The notes beneath the pieces are model-generated. The model was not told where the DNA came from. It searched no databases and was given only the letters and a program-made list of their open reading frames with translations. From NCBI GenBank assembly GCA_963812015.1, contig CAWETI010000003.1:1792001-1856000 (forward strand): a stretch of DNA of 64,000 bases, in the 5' to 3' direction. The DNA comes from an uncultured delta proteobacterium. Its GTDB lineage: Bacteria; Desulfobacterota; Desulfobaccia; Desulfobaccales; 0-14-0-80-60-11. Positions within the stretch are counted from its first letter, which is position 1; the number at the start of each line of letters is the position of its first letter. Of the stretch, positions 46,876-55,838 are shown in pieces. The position numbers and the translations under genes were made by a program.

Positions 46876-49566
46876 TTATTTAATAATTCCGGTTACCGCG
46901 GCAACGCCGATGGTGACCAGAACGTAGCCGGCGATTTGATGCAGATAAAAATAGGTTTGCACGGAAAATTTGCCGCCGGTAAGCCGGGAATGAAGGCGCT
47001 CAGGCAATGACTGCGTTAATTTAGAGGGGATGAACTGCATGAACGGAATTAATTTATCCGGCTTTACCTGGTACAATTTGTCCGGTCCAAAACTGATAAA
47101 GGGCACATAGGCATCCAAACTGAACCAAAAGGCCTGCGTGAGCCGGATTTTCCCCACGCTTCCCTTTTCTGCCCTGGTCAGGACTCCTGGCCGGGAAAAG
47201 ATGATGGTTCCCAATAAGATGAAAAAGGCGCTCCAATACAAGGCTCTCTCAGGGTTGCGGCCGTAGCCCACCCCCCTATCCAGCAAGGTTTTTTCCAGGA
47301 AAACTCGAGGCCATTGCGAGGGTTCCCCCCAGGACCAAGACTCATTCAGTTCACGCCGTTTCCGAGAAATGAATGACTCGTTGGCCAGTTCCGGATAACC
47401 GCTCTGCTTCAGAAAGGTTTCCAACTGGGTGTAAGGCTGGGAATGGAACCGGGCCTTTCCCAGCAAGGCTAGCAGTTTTTGACAACTATTTGATTCATCC
47501 CCCGCGGTGATGACTTTATAAGTCAGTCCCTCTAAATCAATAGCGTCGGGCTGGGTCGGCCAGATAACTCCGCCTAAATTTAAGACTTGGATGGTGCCAA
47601 AGCGTAAATTCACCGGTCCCGCAAAGTTTACCCTGCTAAATAAAGCGCCCTGGCCCACCTTCAGGGTTGCGAAGTTGGCCTCCTGGTCCTTATTTTCAAA
47701 CCTGGCCCCTTCGGCGTTGAACTGCCCGCCGATGTCGGCACCGCCGAAGTCAGCTGACCCCCTAAAGACGGTTTCTGTTTTCTTTCCCTCTTTTTCAATG
47801 GTACTTATCTCAAAATCACCTTTTACCTGCATCACGGAAAAGTCCACCGGCCCGTTAAACACGGCACCCCTGAAGAAGGCGTGCTGGCCCACCCTCAGGC
47901 TGTTGAAGTCGGCCTCCTGGTCCTTATTTTCAAACCTAACCCCATCGGCGTTGAAATTCCTGCCGATGTCCGCCGAGCCAAAATCCACCAGCCCCTGGAA
48001 AACAGCGCCTTCCAACCAGGCACTCGTGCCCACCTTCATACCGTTAAAGTTGGCCTTCTGGTCCTGACCTTCAAACCTGGCCCCGTCGGCGCTGAACAGC
48101 CTGCCGATGTCCGCGCCGCCGAATTTAGCTGACCCTCTAAAGATGCTTTCTGTTTTCTTTCCCTCTTTTGCAATGGTACTTATCTCAAAATCACCTTTTA
48201 CCTGCATCACGGAAAAGTTCACCGGCCCGTTAAACACGGCGCCCCTGAAGAAGGCGTGCTGGCCCACCCTCAGGCCGTCAAAGTCGGCCTCCTGGTCCTT
48301 ATTTTCAAACCTAACCCCATCGGCGTTGAAATTCCTGCCGATGTCGGCACCGCCGAAGTCAGCTGACCCCCTAAAGACGGTTTCTGTTTTCTTGCCCTCT
48401 TTTGCAACGGCACTTATCCAAAAATCCCATTTTACCTGCGTCATGGAAAAGTCCACCGGCCCGTTAAACACGGCGCCTCTGAAGAAGGCGGTCTTGCCCA
48501 CCTTCGTGCCGTTAAAGTTGGCCATATTGTCTTTGCCTTGTCCCTCAAAGTGCGCCCCGGAGGCGACGAGATCCCCGCCGATGAGACCGCCGACAAAGTC
48601 AACCGGTCCTTGGAAGACAGCGTCTTGGAAGAAGGCGGTCTTGCCCACCTCCATGCCGTTAAAGTCGGCCATGTTATCTTTGCCTTGTCCCTCAAAGTGC
48701 GCCCCGGAGGCGACGAGATCCCCGCCGATGCGGCCGCCGACAAAGCTAACCGGACCCTGGAAGACGGCCTCCTTAAAGAAGGCGCCCTGGCCCACCTCCA
48801 TGCCGTTAAAGTCGAACCTCTGGAACTCCTCTTGTCCTCCAGACTGGTTCTTCTCCTTGCCCTCTGACTCGCCCGTTTCTTTTACTTCAAACCGCGCTCC
48901 GTCGGCGTCGAAATTTCCTACGATGTGCGCACTGAGGAAATTCACCGGACCCTGGAAGACGGCCCCCCTAAAGTAGGCGCTCTGGCCCACCTTCATGTCG
49001 CTAAAGTCGGCCATGTTGTCTTTGCCTTGTCCCTCAAACTGCGCTTTTTCGGCGTCGAAATTTCCGCCAAAATCGGCCGCGCCGAAATCTACTGGTCCCT
49101 TAAAGTTGGCCTCTCTGCAATAGACCTCTTTTTCTACCTTGATCCGCAGAAAATTTGCCCCTTCCTCAAAGTGCGAACCATTTATAAATAGATATTCCTC
49201 GAAAACTGCATCGTTGAAAAAGACCCAATTTTTGAACCAGCAGGCAACCAATTCCACCGGGTGGGGTATATTGGCATGTCCCAGGTCCAGGGACTCGGCG
49301 ATAACGGCGTTTTTTATCCGGACCCCCTTGCGTTGCACCTTGTAGGCCCCGGTGAGGAGGTCCTCCAGGAACCGAGCGGAGAGCTGGCGGTTCTTTTCCG
49401 GATCTCCGAATTGGTCTTTGAGGTCGGCCTCTTGGCCCGCCGCCGCCTGCCGGCGGACATACTCCTCTGCCGGGGTGAGCTTGCCTTTGGCCGCCTCAGC
49501 CCGAGGGGACAGCAGGCATCCGAGGGCCAGGACTAATACCATCAGGAAGGTCCTCGCCAATGTCAT
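46876..49566 (-). CDS. Large pentapeptide-like repeat protein with a signal peptide and C-terminal membrane domain
   Basis: ATG 49566 behind GGGGAG; signal peptide ending AEA-AK; many AVFxGPVDF/ADFxGxxVG repeats; C-terminal GYGRNPER, TM helix, AFWFSLDAYVPFISFG, TM helix. Confidence 0.85.
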   Translation of the reverse strand: MTLARTFLMVLVLALGCLLSPRAEAAKGKLTPAEEYVRRQAAAGQEADLKDQFGDPEKNRQLSARFLEDLLTGAYKVQRKGVRIKNAVIAESLDLGHANIPHPVELVACWFKNWVFFNDAVFEEYLFINGSHFEEGANFLRIKVEKEVYCREANFKGPVDFGAADFGGNFDAEKAQFEGQGKDNMADFSDMKVGQSAYFRGAVFQGPVNFLSAHIVGNFDADGARFEVKETGESEGKEKNQSGGQEEFQRFDFNGMEVGQGAFFKEAVFQGPVSFVGGRIGGDLVASGAHFEGQGKDNMADFNGMEVGKTAFFQDAVFQGPVDFVGGLIGGDLVASGAHFEGQGKDNMANFNGTKVGKTAFFRGAVFNGPVDFSMTQVKWDFWISAVAKEGKKTETVFRGSADFGGADIGRNFNADGVRFENKDQEADFDGLRVGQHAFFRGAVFNGPVNFSVMQVKGDFEISTIAKEGKKTESIFRGSAKFGGADIGRLFSADGARFEGQDQKANFNGMKVGTSAWLEGAVFQGLVDFGSADIGRNFNADGVRFENKDQEADFNSLRVGQHAFFRGAVFNGPVDFSVMQVKGDFEISTIEKEGKKTETVFRGSADFGGADIGGQFNAEGARFENKDQEANFATLKVGQGALFSRVNFAGPVNLRFGTIQVLNLGGVIWPTQPDAIDLEGLTYKVITAGDESNSCQKLLALLGKARFHSQPYTQLETFLKQSGYPELANESFISRKRRELNESWSWGEPSQWPRVFLEKTLLDRGVGYGRNPERALYWSAFFILLGTIIFSRPGVLTRAEKGSVGKIRLTQAFWFSLDAYVPFISFGPDKLYQVKPDKLIPFMQFIPSKLTQSLPERLHSRLTGGKFSVQTYFYLHQIAGYVLVTIGVAAVTGIIK

Positions 49567-49662
49567 CTCCCCCCCTGCAGAACCGTCGGCGCCTCCGGTT
49601 TCCCGGCGTTTGGCTTGGAACGCCCCTGCTCCAGTCGGAGTAAAGAGCCTAATCAAATAATT

Positions 49663-49854
49663 TTAGGCGTTGTTCGGCTTGACAAAGTTATTTGGCTGTG
49701 ATAATATCTCATACATGCGCCTGGGGTTGCGTTTATCCCATCGAAAAGCGGCGACAAATCGCCCCTCTTCATCAACGATACCCAGACCGCCGGTTTGACC
49801 GGGATCAATTCCCACAAACAGTTTTCTATCTAAAGGTATTTGGAGATCAGCCAT
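49663..49854 (-). pseudogene. RuvC/RNase H-fold N-terminal fragment captured in the IS left end
   Basis: MADLQIPLDRKLFVGIDPGQTGGLGIVDEEG...; runs through the left TIR and stops in the TSD. Confidence 0.5.
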
Positions 49855-50737
49855 GGACAAACTCCCTTCTCTCATTGAAATCCTCAAGAAATTCGACACT
49901 GAGGAAAAGTGTATCGCCCATTTTGAGCGCATACGCTGGCCTAACGGCCTTGTCTGCATCAAATGCGGTAGTCCCCGAGTGATGAAGTTTAAGGCGTTGG
50001 GGAAAACCAAGAAGGTGCGCCAGCTTTACGAGTGCAAAGACTGCCATTATCAATACTCGGTAACTGCCGGGACAAGCTTTCATAATTCCCATGTGCCTCT
50101 TACCAAGTGGTTCCTGGCAATCTACCTGATTTGCTCTGCGAAAAAGGGCGTGGCCGCCCGCCATCTTCAACGCCATCTTTCGGTAGGGGTCGAAACTGCA
50201 TGGTATATGGCTCATCGGATTCGCCTCGCTATGTCAGAGGACGAGGAGTTTTGCGCGAAGTTTGCCGGTATTTGCGAAGTTGACGAGACTTATGTAGGTG
50301 GCAAAGGTAAAGGTCCACACGGGCGCGGAGCCGCCAATAAAACTCCCGTAGTAGGGATAAAAGAGCGGACATCAGGCAAAATCCTTATGAAAGCGGTTGA
50401 TAATGTCAAGGCCAGCACCTTGCGGGGTTTCATCCGCAAACACGCCTCGCCTGGCTCTGAAATCCAGACTGATGATTTTCGGTCTTACCTCTGGCTTGAT
50501 AGCTCTGAATTTGTCCATAATGTCGTGAACCATGGCGAAAAAAAGTATGTGAAGGCCGGGAATATTCACGTGAACGGGATTGAGAATGTTTGGTCCTTGT
50601 TCAAGAGAGCTATCACCGGCGTTTTCCATAAGGTTTCTGCCAAGTATCTGCCTCTGTATCTCAATGAGTTCGCTTTCCGGTTCAATAACCGGGAGCAAGT
50701 CAATATGTTGGATGAGGTCTTAAAAACGAGTTTCTAA
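49853..50737 (+). CDS. IS1595-family transposase
   Basis: RWPNGLVCIKCG...YECKDC zinc ribbon, EVDETYVGG, TDD, VNH, HVNGIENVWS and YLNEFAFRFN. Confidence 0.95.
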   Translation: MDKLPSLIEILKKFDTEEKCIAHFERIRWPNGLVCIKCGSPRVMKFKALGKTKKVRQLYECKDCHYQYSVTAGTSFHNSHVPLTKWFLAIYLICSAKKGVAARHLQRHLSVGVETAWYMAHRIRLAMSEDEEFCAKFAGICEVDETYVGGKGKGPHGRGAANKTPVVGIKERTSGKILMKAVDNVKASTLRGFIRKHASPGSEIQTDDFRSYLWLDSSEFVHNVVNHGEKKYVKAGNIHVNGIENVWSLFKRAITGVFHKVSAKYLPLYLNEFAFRFNNREQVNMLDEVLKTSF

Positions 50738-50931
50738 GAGAAAACAAAATCTGCCTGTTTAAAACTCCCATGGCTTCCCATGTCCGCTTGTGCTATGGTG
50801 ATTTTGCGGAATCACATACCAACGGAGACGAGAAGCCATGGCTAAATGCCCCTTTCAAGACCGCATAGATTGCCCCAGCTGTGGTCTGTTTGTTCTAAGA
50901 ATCCTGATATATTCGGGGCGGCGATAGGGTT

Positions 50932-51873
50932 ATGCCAAAAAAGAAACAATTATATTGGATTTTATTTATCATATTGGCATTATTTCTCATAATAGAAATT
51001 ATCGGATTACAATGTTCCCATACGCCATCCGATGATCACCGCAGCCAAGAGAAGACCTACCAGAAAAAAGATAGTACGGGAACGGCGATATTTTCCCCAG
51101 TTTTGGGGAAGGGGATTAATTGTATCCTTGATTGGGTTGGAACTAATAATGCTGCTGTTGTCGCATTGGCTACTATAATCATTGCATTGTTCACAGGCAC
51201 ACTGTGGTGGGCCACTACTGGTTTGTTCAAGACTGCCCAAGAACAATCCAGGGACATGAAGGACTCCATCGCTGCCGCCCAAAAAGCCGCCAAGGCCGCC
51301 GAAGATAGTGTTAAAATCGCTAAAAAGTCTCTCAATACCACCCGCCGTGCATACGTTTTCCTCAAAGATATTGAAATAAGAGAAACACAGGGCAGAGGAA
51401 GTATTTCTGCAATTCAGGGACAAATGAGATGGCAACTTTTCCCACGTTGGCAAAATAGTGGGGACACCCCTACAAGGAATTTGACAATTAGTGTTGGTTG
51501 TAAGGTTTCTGATAGATTTCTCCCCCATAACTTCCCGTTTCCATATACTAATAAAGAACTTAAAGGACTTTCCGGTGATTGTTGTTACTCGTATGATACT
51601 AAAAGAAATATTCCTATTGTAATTGGGCCAAAGGCTGCTATTATTAGTGTGCCCTTGATTATTTCGGAGACACATGATGATATTGCTCGTATTATGTCGG
51701 ATTATTTGTCTATCTATGTTTGGGGCGAAGCCAAATATCTTGATGTTTTCGATGCAACACTTACCCATTGCACACGATTTTTCGTTAAACTGTCTTTTCC
51801 AGAGAAGTTCATTGAACAACCATTGCTCATTTATTATGAAAGATATACTTGTGCTGATGAGGATTGCGGTTAA
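50932..51873 (+). CDS. AT-rich membrane-anchored hypothetical protein (IS passenger)
   Basis: Two hydrophobic segments, a coiled AAQKAAKAAEDS...RRAYVF stretch and a beta-rich C-terminus; lies inside the TIRs. Confidence 0.8.
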   Translation: MPKKKQLYWILFIILALFLIIEIIGLQCSHTPSDDHRSQEKTYQKKDSTGTAIFSPVLGKGINCILDWVGTNNAAVVALATIIIALFTGTLWWATTGLFKTAQEQSRDMKDSIAAAQKAAKAAEDSVKIAKKSLNTTRRAYVFLKDIEIRETQGRGSISAIQGQMRWQLFPRWQNSGDTPTRNLTISVGCKVSDRFLPHNFPFPYTNKELKGLSGDCCYSYDTKRNIPIVIGPKAAIISVPLIISETHDDIARIMSDYLSIYVWGEAKYLDVFDATLTHCTRFFVKLSFPEKFIEQPLLIYYERYTCADEDCG

Positions 51874-52258
51874 TAGGAAGGCGACACACTTTGTCAAGCC
51901 GAACATCGCCTAATTTTAAATGTCAATTAAATGCAGATTATGCGGCAACCTTGCCCACCCACAGCGTTCCCAACAAAGCTTGCCGGTCTTTACATCTTTG
52001 AAGGCTACCCAATAGATGCGGTCGGCCCGTTCCCGCCACTTGTGCACGGTTGATTCCGTGTAATATACCCCGGCATATTTCTTGACAGATATTTTTTCGC
52101 CATAGATACTCCAATATCAGGGATAACCTTTGTAAGTGAACTATAAGTCTTTTCTGTCTACTATTCCCCGAACTATGCCATGTATAACTAATTAACGTCA
52201 AGGGATATTTCTATTTAGGTGGTCTTTGGACATTTCTTGTCTATTTATAAAGAAATGA

Positions 52259-52314
52259 ACTTGAAATCCCTCGGTCGCAAGGCCGTGTCGGTTCGAGTCC
52301 GGCCCCAGGCACCA
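52259..52314 (+). repeat. att site: duplicated 3' part of tRNA-Leu
   Basis: 54 of 56 bases identical to 46051-46106. Confidence 0.92.
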
Positions 52315-52586
52315 ATGATTTCAATATGCACGCTCCATTCAGCCTCTCCTTCCCCGGTATAAGCATTGCCCCGGGGTCATAATAGGTGTCATCCACACCC
52401 TGATTCCCCCGACTTACCCTCATGTATCTCAAGGAGAGGGTCTCAGACGGCATTGGCCCAGAGAACAGAGAGGCCAACTTCTCCTAAGCCTTCTCGACGA
52501 TTTCACTTGATGGGCGCATCCTTAATGATCTCCTGGTGCACTATCCTTGCCCGGAAAGCGTCAGATCGAACCTTCTCAAGTTTTTC

Positions 52587-52614
52587 TTGGCTTTCAGTTT
52601 TTATATGATAAAAT
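52587..52614 (+). promoter_or_regulatory. Putative sigma70 promoter of rpmE
   Basis: TTGGCT-N16-TAAAAT with an extended -10 TG. Confidence 0.5.
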
Positions 52615-52653
52615 AAGACGTTTAAGTCGCATATCAGGAGATCGAATGGGCTC

Positions 52654-52884
52654 ATGAAAAAAGATATTCATCCCAACTACCTTGAAACCACCGTGCGCTG
52701 TGCCTGTGGCAGCGAATTCGTGACCGGCTCCACCAAGGAATCCATCCGGGTGGAGATCTGCTCCAAGTGCCATCCCTTCTTTACCGGCAAGCAGAAGCTT
52801 ATGGATACCGCCGGCCGGGTGGAGCGCTTCCGCCGCAAATACGCCAGTTTCGAACAGAACAAGGCCACCGACAAGCCCGAATGA
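52654..52884 (+). CDS. rpmE: 50S ribosomal protein L31 (zinc-binding type)
   Basis: MKKDIHPNY...CACG...[15 protein letters not shown]...GRVERF. Confidence 0.97.
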   Translation: MKKDIHPNYLETTVRCACGSEFVTGSTKESIRVEICSKCHPFFTGKQKLMDTAGRVERFRRKYASFEQNKATDKPE

Positions 52885-53879
52885 AGCCGGATGACTTGCG
52901 CATGGCCGTAGGCGGCCAGGCCGTGTTGGAGGGGGTGATGATGCGCTCCCCCCACGCCATGGCCGTGGCGGTGCGCCGTCCCGACGGCACGGTGATCCTC
53001 AAGGATGAGGCCTATCATTCCCTGGCGGAGCGCTACCCCGCCCTCAAGCGTCCCTTCCTCAGGGGTCCCGTGATCCTCATCGAGGCCATGGTCACCGGGG
53101 TCAAAGCCCTGACTTTTTCGGCCCAGGCCGCCCTCCAGGAAGAAGGTGACGCCCCGGGGGAAGAACCACTGGGTTGGGGCAGTATGGCCCTCACCCTGGG
53201 GGGCGCTTTCCTCATGGCCTTTCTCTTTTTCGGCTTCCTGCCCCACTGGTTGAGCGGCAAGGCGGGTTACTTGGTGGGTCGTCCCCTGACCCCGGCCGAC
53301 TTCACTTTTCACGTCATCGATGGCATCATCAAGGCCACCTTTCTCATGCTCTATATCTGGGGCATCTCTTTTTTCCCGGACATCCGTCGGGTCTTCGAGT
53401 ACCACGGCGCCGAGCACAAGTCCATCTGCACCTTCGAGGCCGGGGAAGAACTGACGGTGGCTAACACCAGGCTCCACCCCACTGCCCACGCCCGCTGCGG
53501 CACCTCTTTCATCTTGGTGGTGCTCCTGGTGAGCATTCTGATCTTTACCGTCTTTTTCCCCCTGTTTCCGGCCCTGACCCGCCGGGGCCTGGCCAACAAT
53601 TTCCTCCAGGTAGTCATCAAGGTGGGCCTGATGTTTCCCATCGCGGCGCTCTCCTACGAGATCATCCGCTGGGGCGGCAAGCACTGCCGCCATCCCCTGG
53701 CGAGAATCTTCCTCTGGCCCGGGTTGGTCACCCAGCGTCTCACCGCCCTGGAGCCCGACGACTCCCAGCTGGAAGTGGCCCTGGAGGCCTTGAAGGCGGT
53801 CCTGGCCCGGGAAGAGCATCCCCTCCCGGAAGGCCAGACGGCCGGTGACTCCCTGGCCTGCGCCGAGTGCGGGCATTGA
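52881..53879 (+). CDS. DUF1385 family membrane protein
   Basis: [29 protein letters not shown] and [13 protein letters not shown] overlap with rpmE. Confidence 0.9.
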   Translation: MKPDDLRMAVGGQAVLEGVMMRSPHAMAVAVRRPDGTVILKDEAYHSLAERYPALKRPFLRGPVILIEAMVTGVKALTFSAQAALQEEGDAPGEEPLGWGSMALTLGGAFLMAFLFFGFLPHWLSGKAGYLVGRPLTPADFTFHVIDGIIKATFLMLYIWGISFFPDIRRVFEYHGAEHKSICTFEAGEELTVANTRLHPTAHARCGTSFILVVLLVSILIFTVFFPLFPALTRRGLANNFLQVVIKVGLMFPIAALSYEIIRWGGKHCRHPLARIFLWPGLVTQRLTALEPDDSQLEVALEALKAVLAREEHPLPEGQTAGDSLACAECGH

Positions 53880-54045
53880 AAAGTAGCCATTAATCAGTGG
53901 TTAGTGGTTGGTCATGAGGGTGCGCACTGCGCACCTTTTTCGTTTTCGTTATTTTCGCCACAGGTCTGACCGGGTATAATGCAGGCTAAACCGAATCCCG
54001 CTCTCTTGGGTAAAGGAGAAAACCCAGGGTTTTGGTTATGGTCCG

Positions 54046-54939
54046 ATGCCCACCGCCGTCCCACCGCCACCCGAAAACCCGAAACTCTACATCGGTCCCG
54101 CCGGCTGGGATTATCCGGACTGGCAGGGGGTGCTCTATCCCCCGGGGCTCAAGGGCACTGACCGCCTCACCTTCCTGACCGCCTGGTTTACTGCGGTTGA
54201 GATCAACGTCTCCTTTTACCAGCCCCTTAATCCCGACTACGCCCGGCGCTGGCTGGCGGCAGTGCAAGAGGCCCCTGATTTCCGTTTCACCGCCAAGGTC
54301 TGGCAGGTCTTCACTCACGAACGCCGGCTGCCCGAGGCCGAACTGGCCCGGTTCCAGGAGGGGCTGGCCCCGCTCCTCACCGGGGGGAAGTTAGGGGTGC
54401 TCCTGCCCCAGTTCCCCTATTCATTCCATAACACCGAAGAAAATCGCTCTTATCTGGTGCAGCTCAAGGCCGCCTTACAAAAATATCCCCTGGCCGTGGA
54501 GGTGCGCCATCGCTCCTGGCAGCGACGGGCCGTGCGGGAGTTTTTGCAGGTGGCGGGCCTGGATTTCTGCAATATCGACCAGCCCATGGTGTCCTACCCT
54601 ATGGGGGCCACCCGGTGGGTCACCGGCTCCCGGGGGTATCTCCGGTGCCACGGCCGGCGGAAGGAGGCCTGGTTTGAGTTCGGGGACGACCGGGGGGCCC
54701 GCTATGACTATTTATACCCGCCGGAAGAGTTGGAGGATTTAGCTGAAAGGACCCGGAAGCTGATGTCGAAGGCCCGGGAAACCTACGTCATTTTCAACAA
54801 CCATCCCGGGGGCCAGGCCGTGGCCAACGCCTTGGAACTGGCCCATGTCCTCACCCCCACCCGGCGGCTCAACATCCCTCCGGGCCTGCTGGAGGCGTTC
54901 CCAAGATTGGCCGAATCGCTTATGAGGGGGAATGGCTAA
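54046..54939 (+). CDS. DUF72 (YecE-like) family protein
   Basis: IGPAGWDYPDWQGVLYP, VEINVSFY, QFPYSF, VEVRHRSW, YLRCHGR, YDYLY and FNNH. Confidence 0.92.
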   Translation: MPTAVPPPPENPKLYIGPAGWDYPDWQGVLYPPGLKGTDRLTFLTAWFTAVEINVSFYQPLNPDYARRWLAAVQEAPDFRFTAKVWQVFTHERRLPEAELARFQEGLAPLLTGGKLGVLLPQFPYSFHNTEENRSYLVQLKAALQKYPLAVEVRHRSWQRRAVREFLQVAGLDFCNIDQPMVSYPMGATRWVTGSRGYLRCHGRRKEAWFEFGDDRGARYDYLYPPEELEDLAERTRKLMSKARETYVIFNNHPGGQAVANALELAHVLTPTRRLNIPPGLLEAFPRLAESLMRGNG

Positions 54940-55186
54940 ACCGGGGTAAGACTGTAGAACCGTATGAGGTCGACGCAGCAATTTTATGGAGAGGGAATAG
55001 ATACCGGAGAGGGGTTACTTAAGAGGACGGCCCCAGGATGCCGTTGCTGTCATCTTGGAGCCGACCAGCCTTCCAACTTATTGCCATCCTGGGCATAACA
55101 TGTAGCTCCTCTTCAAGTCTTCAAGGGATTTACTTACTTGGGGGGCACGGTTTTCTCATCTTGACACGCCCCGATGACCATTGCTG

Positions 55187-55486
55187 TTACCGGTTCAAGA
55201 CCTGCCAAGACGTGGCTGTACGTCCAGTCTTCCCCTGAATTCTTTCGACTTTTGCCTCCTTTTTTTGTTCACTGAGTTTTTCCTCTTCCTTGGCTTTTTG
55301 CGCCTGGGCTGCTTTCGACCTATATTCTTTCATCTCGTAGAAGGTCTCAGCCGTCTTTCGGTTAAGGGGAAATATGTACCCATCCGGCGCCTTACCAGTG
55401 GGTGCAGCCTCTTCGGCATAAGCGGCGGCACAAAATAGGATCAGAATCGCGGCAATCACCGCACTCCAGATTGAGACTTTCATCAA
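55187..55486 (-). CDS. Small exported hypothetical protein
   Basis: GGAGGGAG RBS, signal peptide ending AYA-EE, and a Lys/Glu-rich helix. Confidence 0.7.
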   Translation of the reverse strand: MMKVSIWSAVIAAILILFCAAAYAEEAAPTGKAPDGYIFPLNRKTAETFYEMKEYRSKAAQAQKAKEEEKLSEQKKEAKVERIQGKTGRTATSWQVLNR

Positions 55487-55838
55487 CTCCCTCCGGTGTT
55501 TTTCCTAATTTCTACCTTACCATTTGGATAAGTGGAATCCAGAAAGTTCCTGATTTCCGCCTGCGGAATCCCTGAGAATGGCCTAAATAAAATTAATATA
55601 GCCTGTGCTGGCGCCGCTCTTCCAGTTTCGATCCTGCTATGCCTCGCTTGCCCAAGGGAACCTCGGGTAATGTCCCCAAAAGAGGTAACGGGAGAATGGC
55701 GCAAAAAAGGCTATTGAGGGGCAAAACTTCCCGGGCGACCCGGCCGGTCGCCCATGGGTAAGCGGGTTGGGAGGGGGGTGTTGGGGGAGGCAGGGACTCT
55801 TATGTAAGGGTTCCTGGACCTCCTCTCACAAATCCTTT

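Larger units (their letters stand above)
49666..51910 (+). mobile_element. Complete IS1595-family element (2245 bp) with a passenger gene
   Basis: 23-bp TIRs GGCGTTGTTCGGCTTGACAAAGT (49666-88) and its inverse (51888-910), 1 mismatch; 8-bp TSD TAATTTTA at 49658-65 and 51911-18. Confidence 0.93.
46051..52314. mobile_element. tRNA-Leu-integrated genomic island (about 6.2 kb) without an internal integrase
   Basis: 56-bp direct repeat of the tRNA 3' part (46051-46106 versus 52259-52314, 2 mismatches); lower GC than the backbone. Confidence 0.85.

Noticed and set aside
47591..48976. Repetitive plus-strand ORFs and DNA repeats that could suggest a CRISPR array or DGR template/variable repeats
   Set aside because: The repeats are codon-phased duplications within the minus-strand repeat protein; there are no unique spacers, cas genes or reverse transcriptase.
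50838..50927. Tiny Cys-containing ORF (MAKCPFQDRIDCPSCGLF...) inside the IS
   Set aside because: Only 29 codons; cannot be supported without homologues.
51938..52201. 87-aa minus ORF near the right att site
   Set aside because: No motif or RBS; could be a transposase tail remnant but this cannot be supported.
52259..52314. Second tRNA gene
   Set aside because: Only the 3' part is present, with no acceptor 5' strand or D arm; it is an att duplication.
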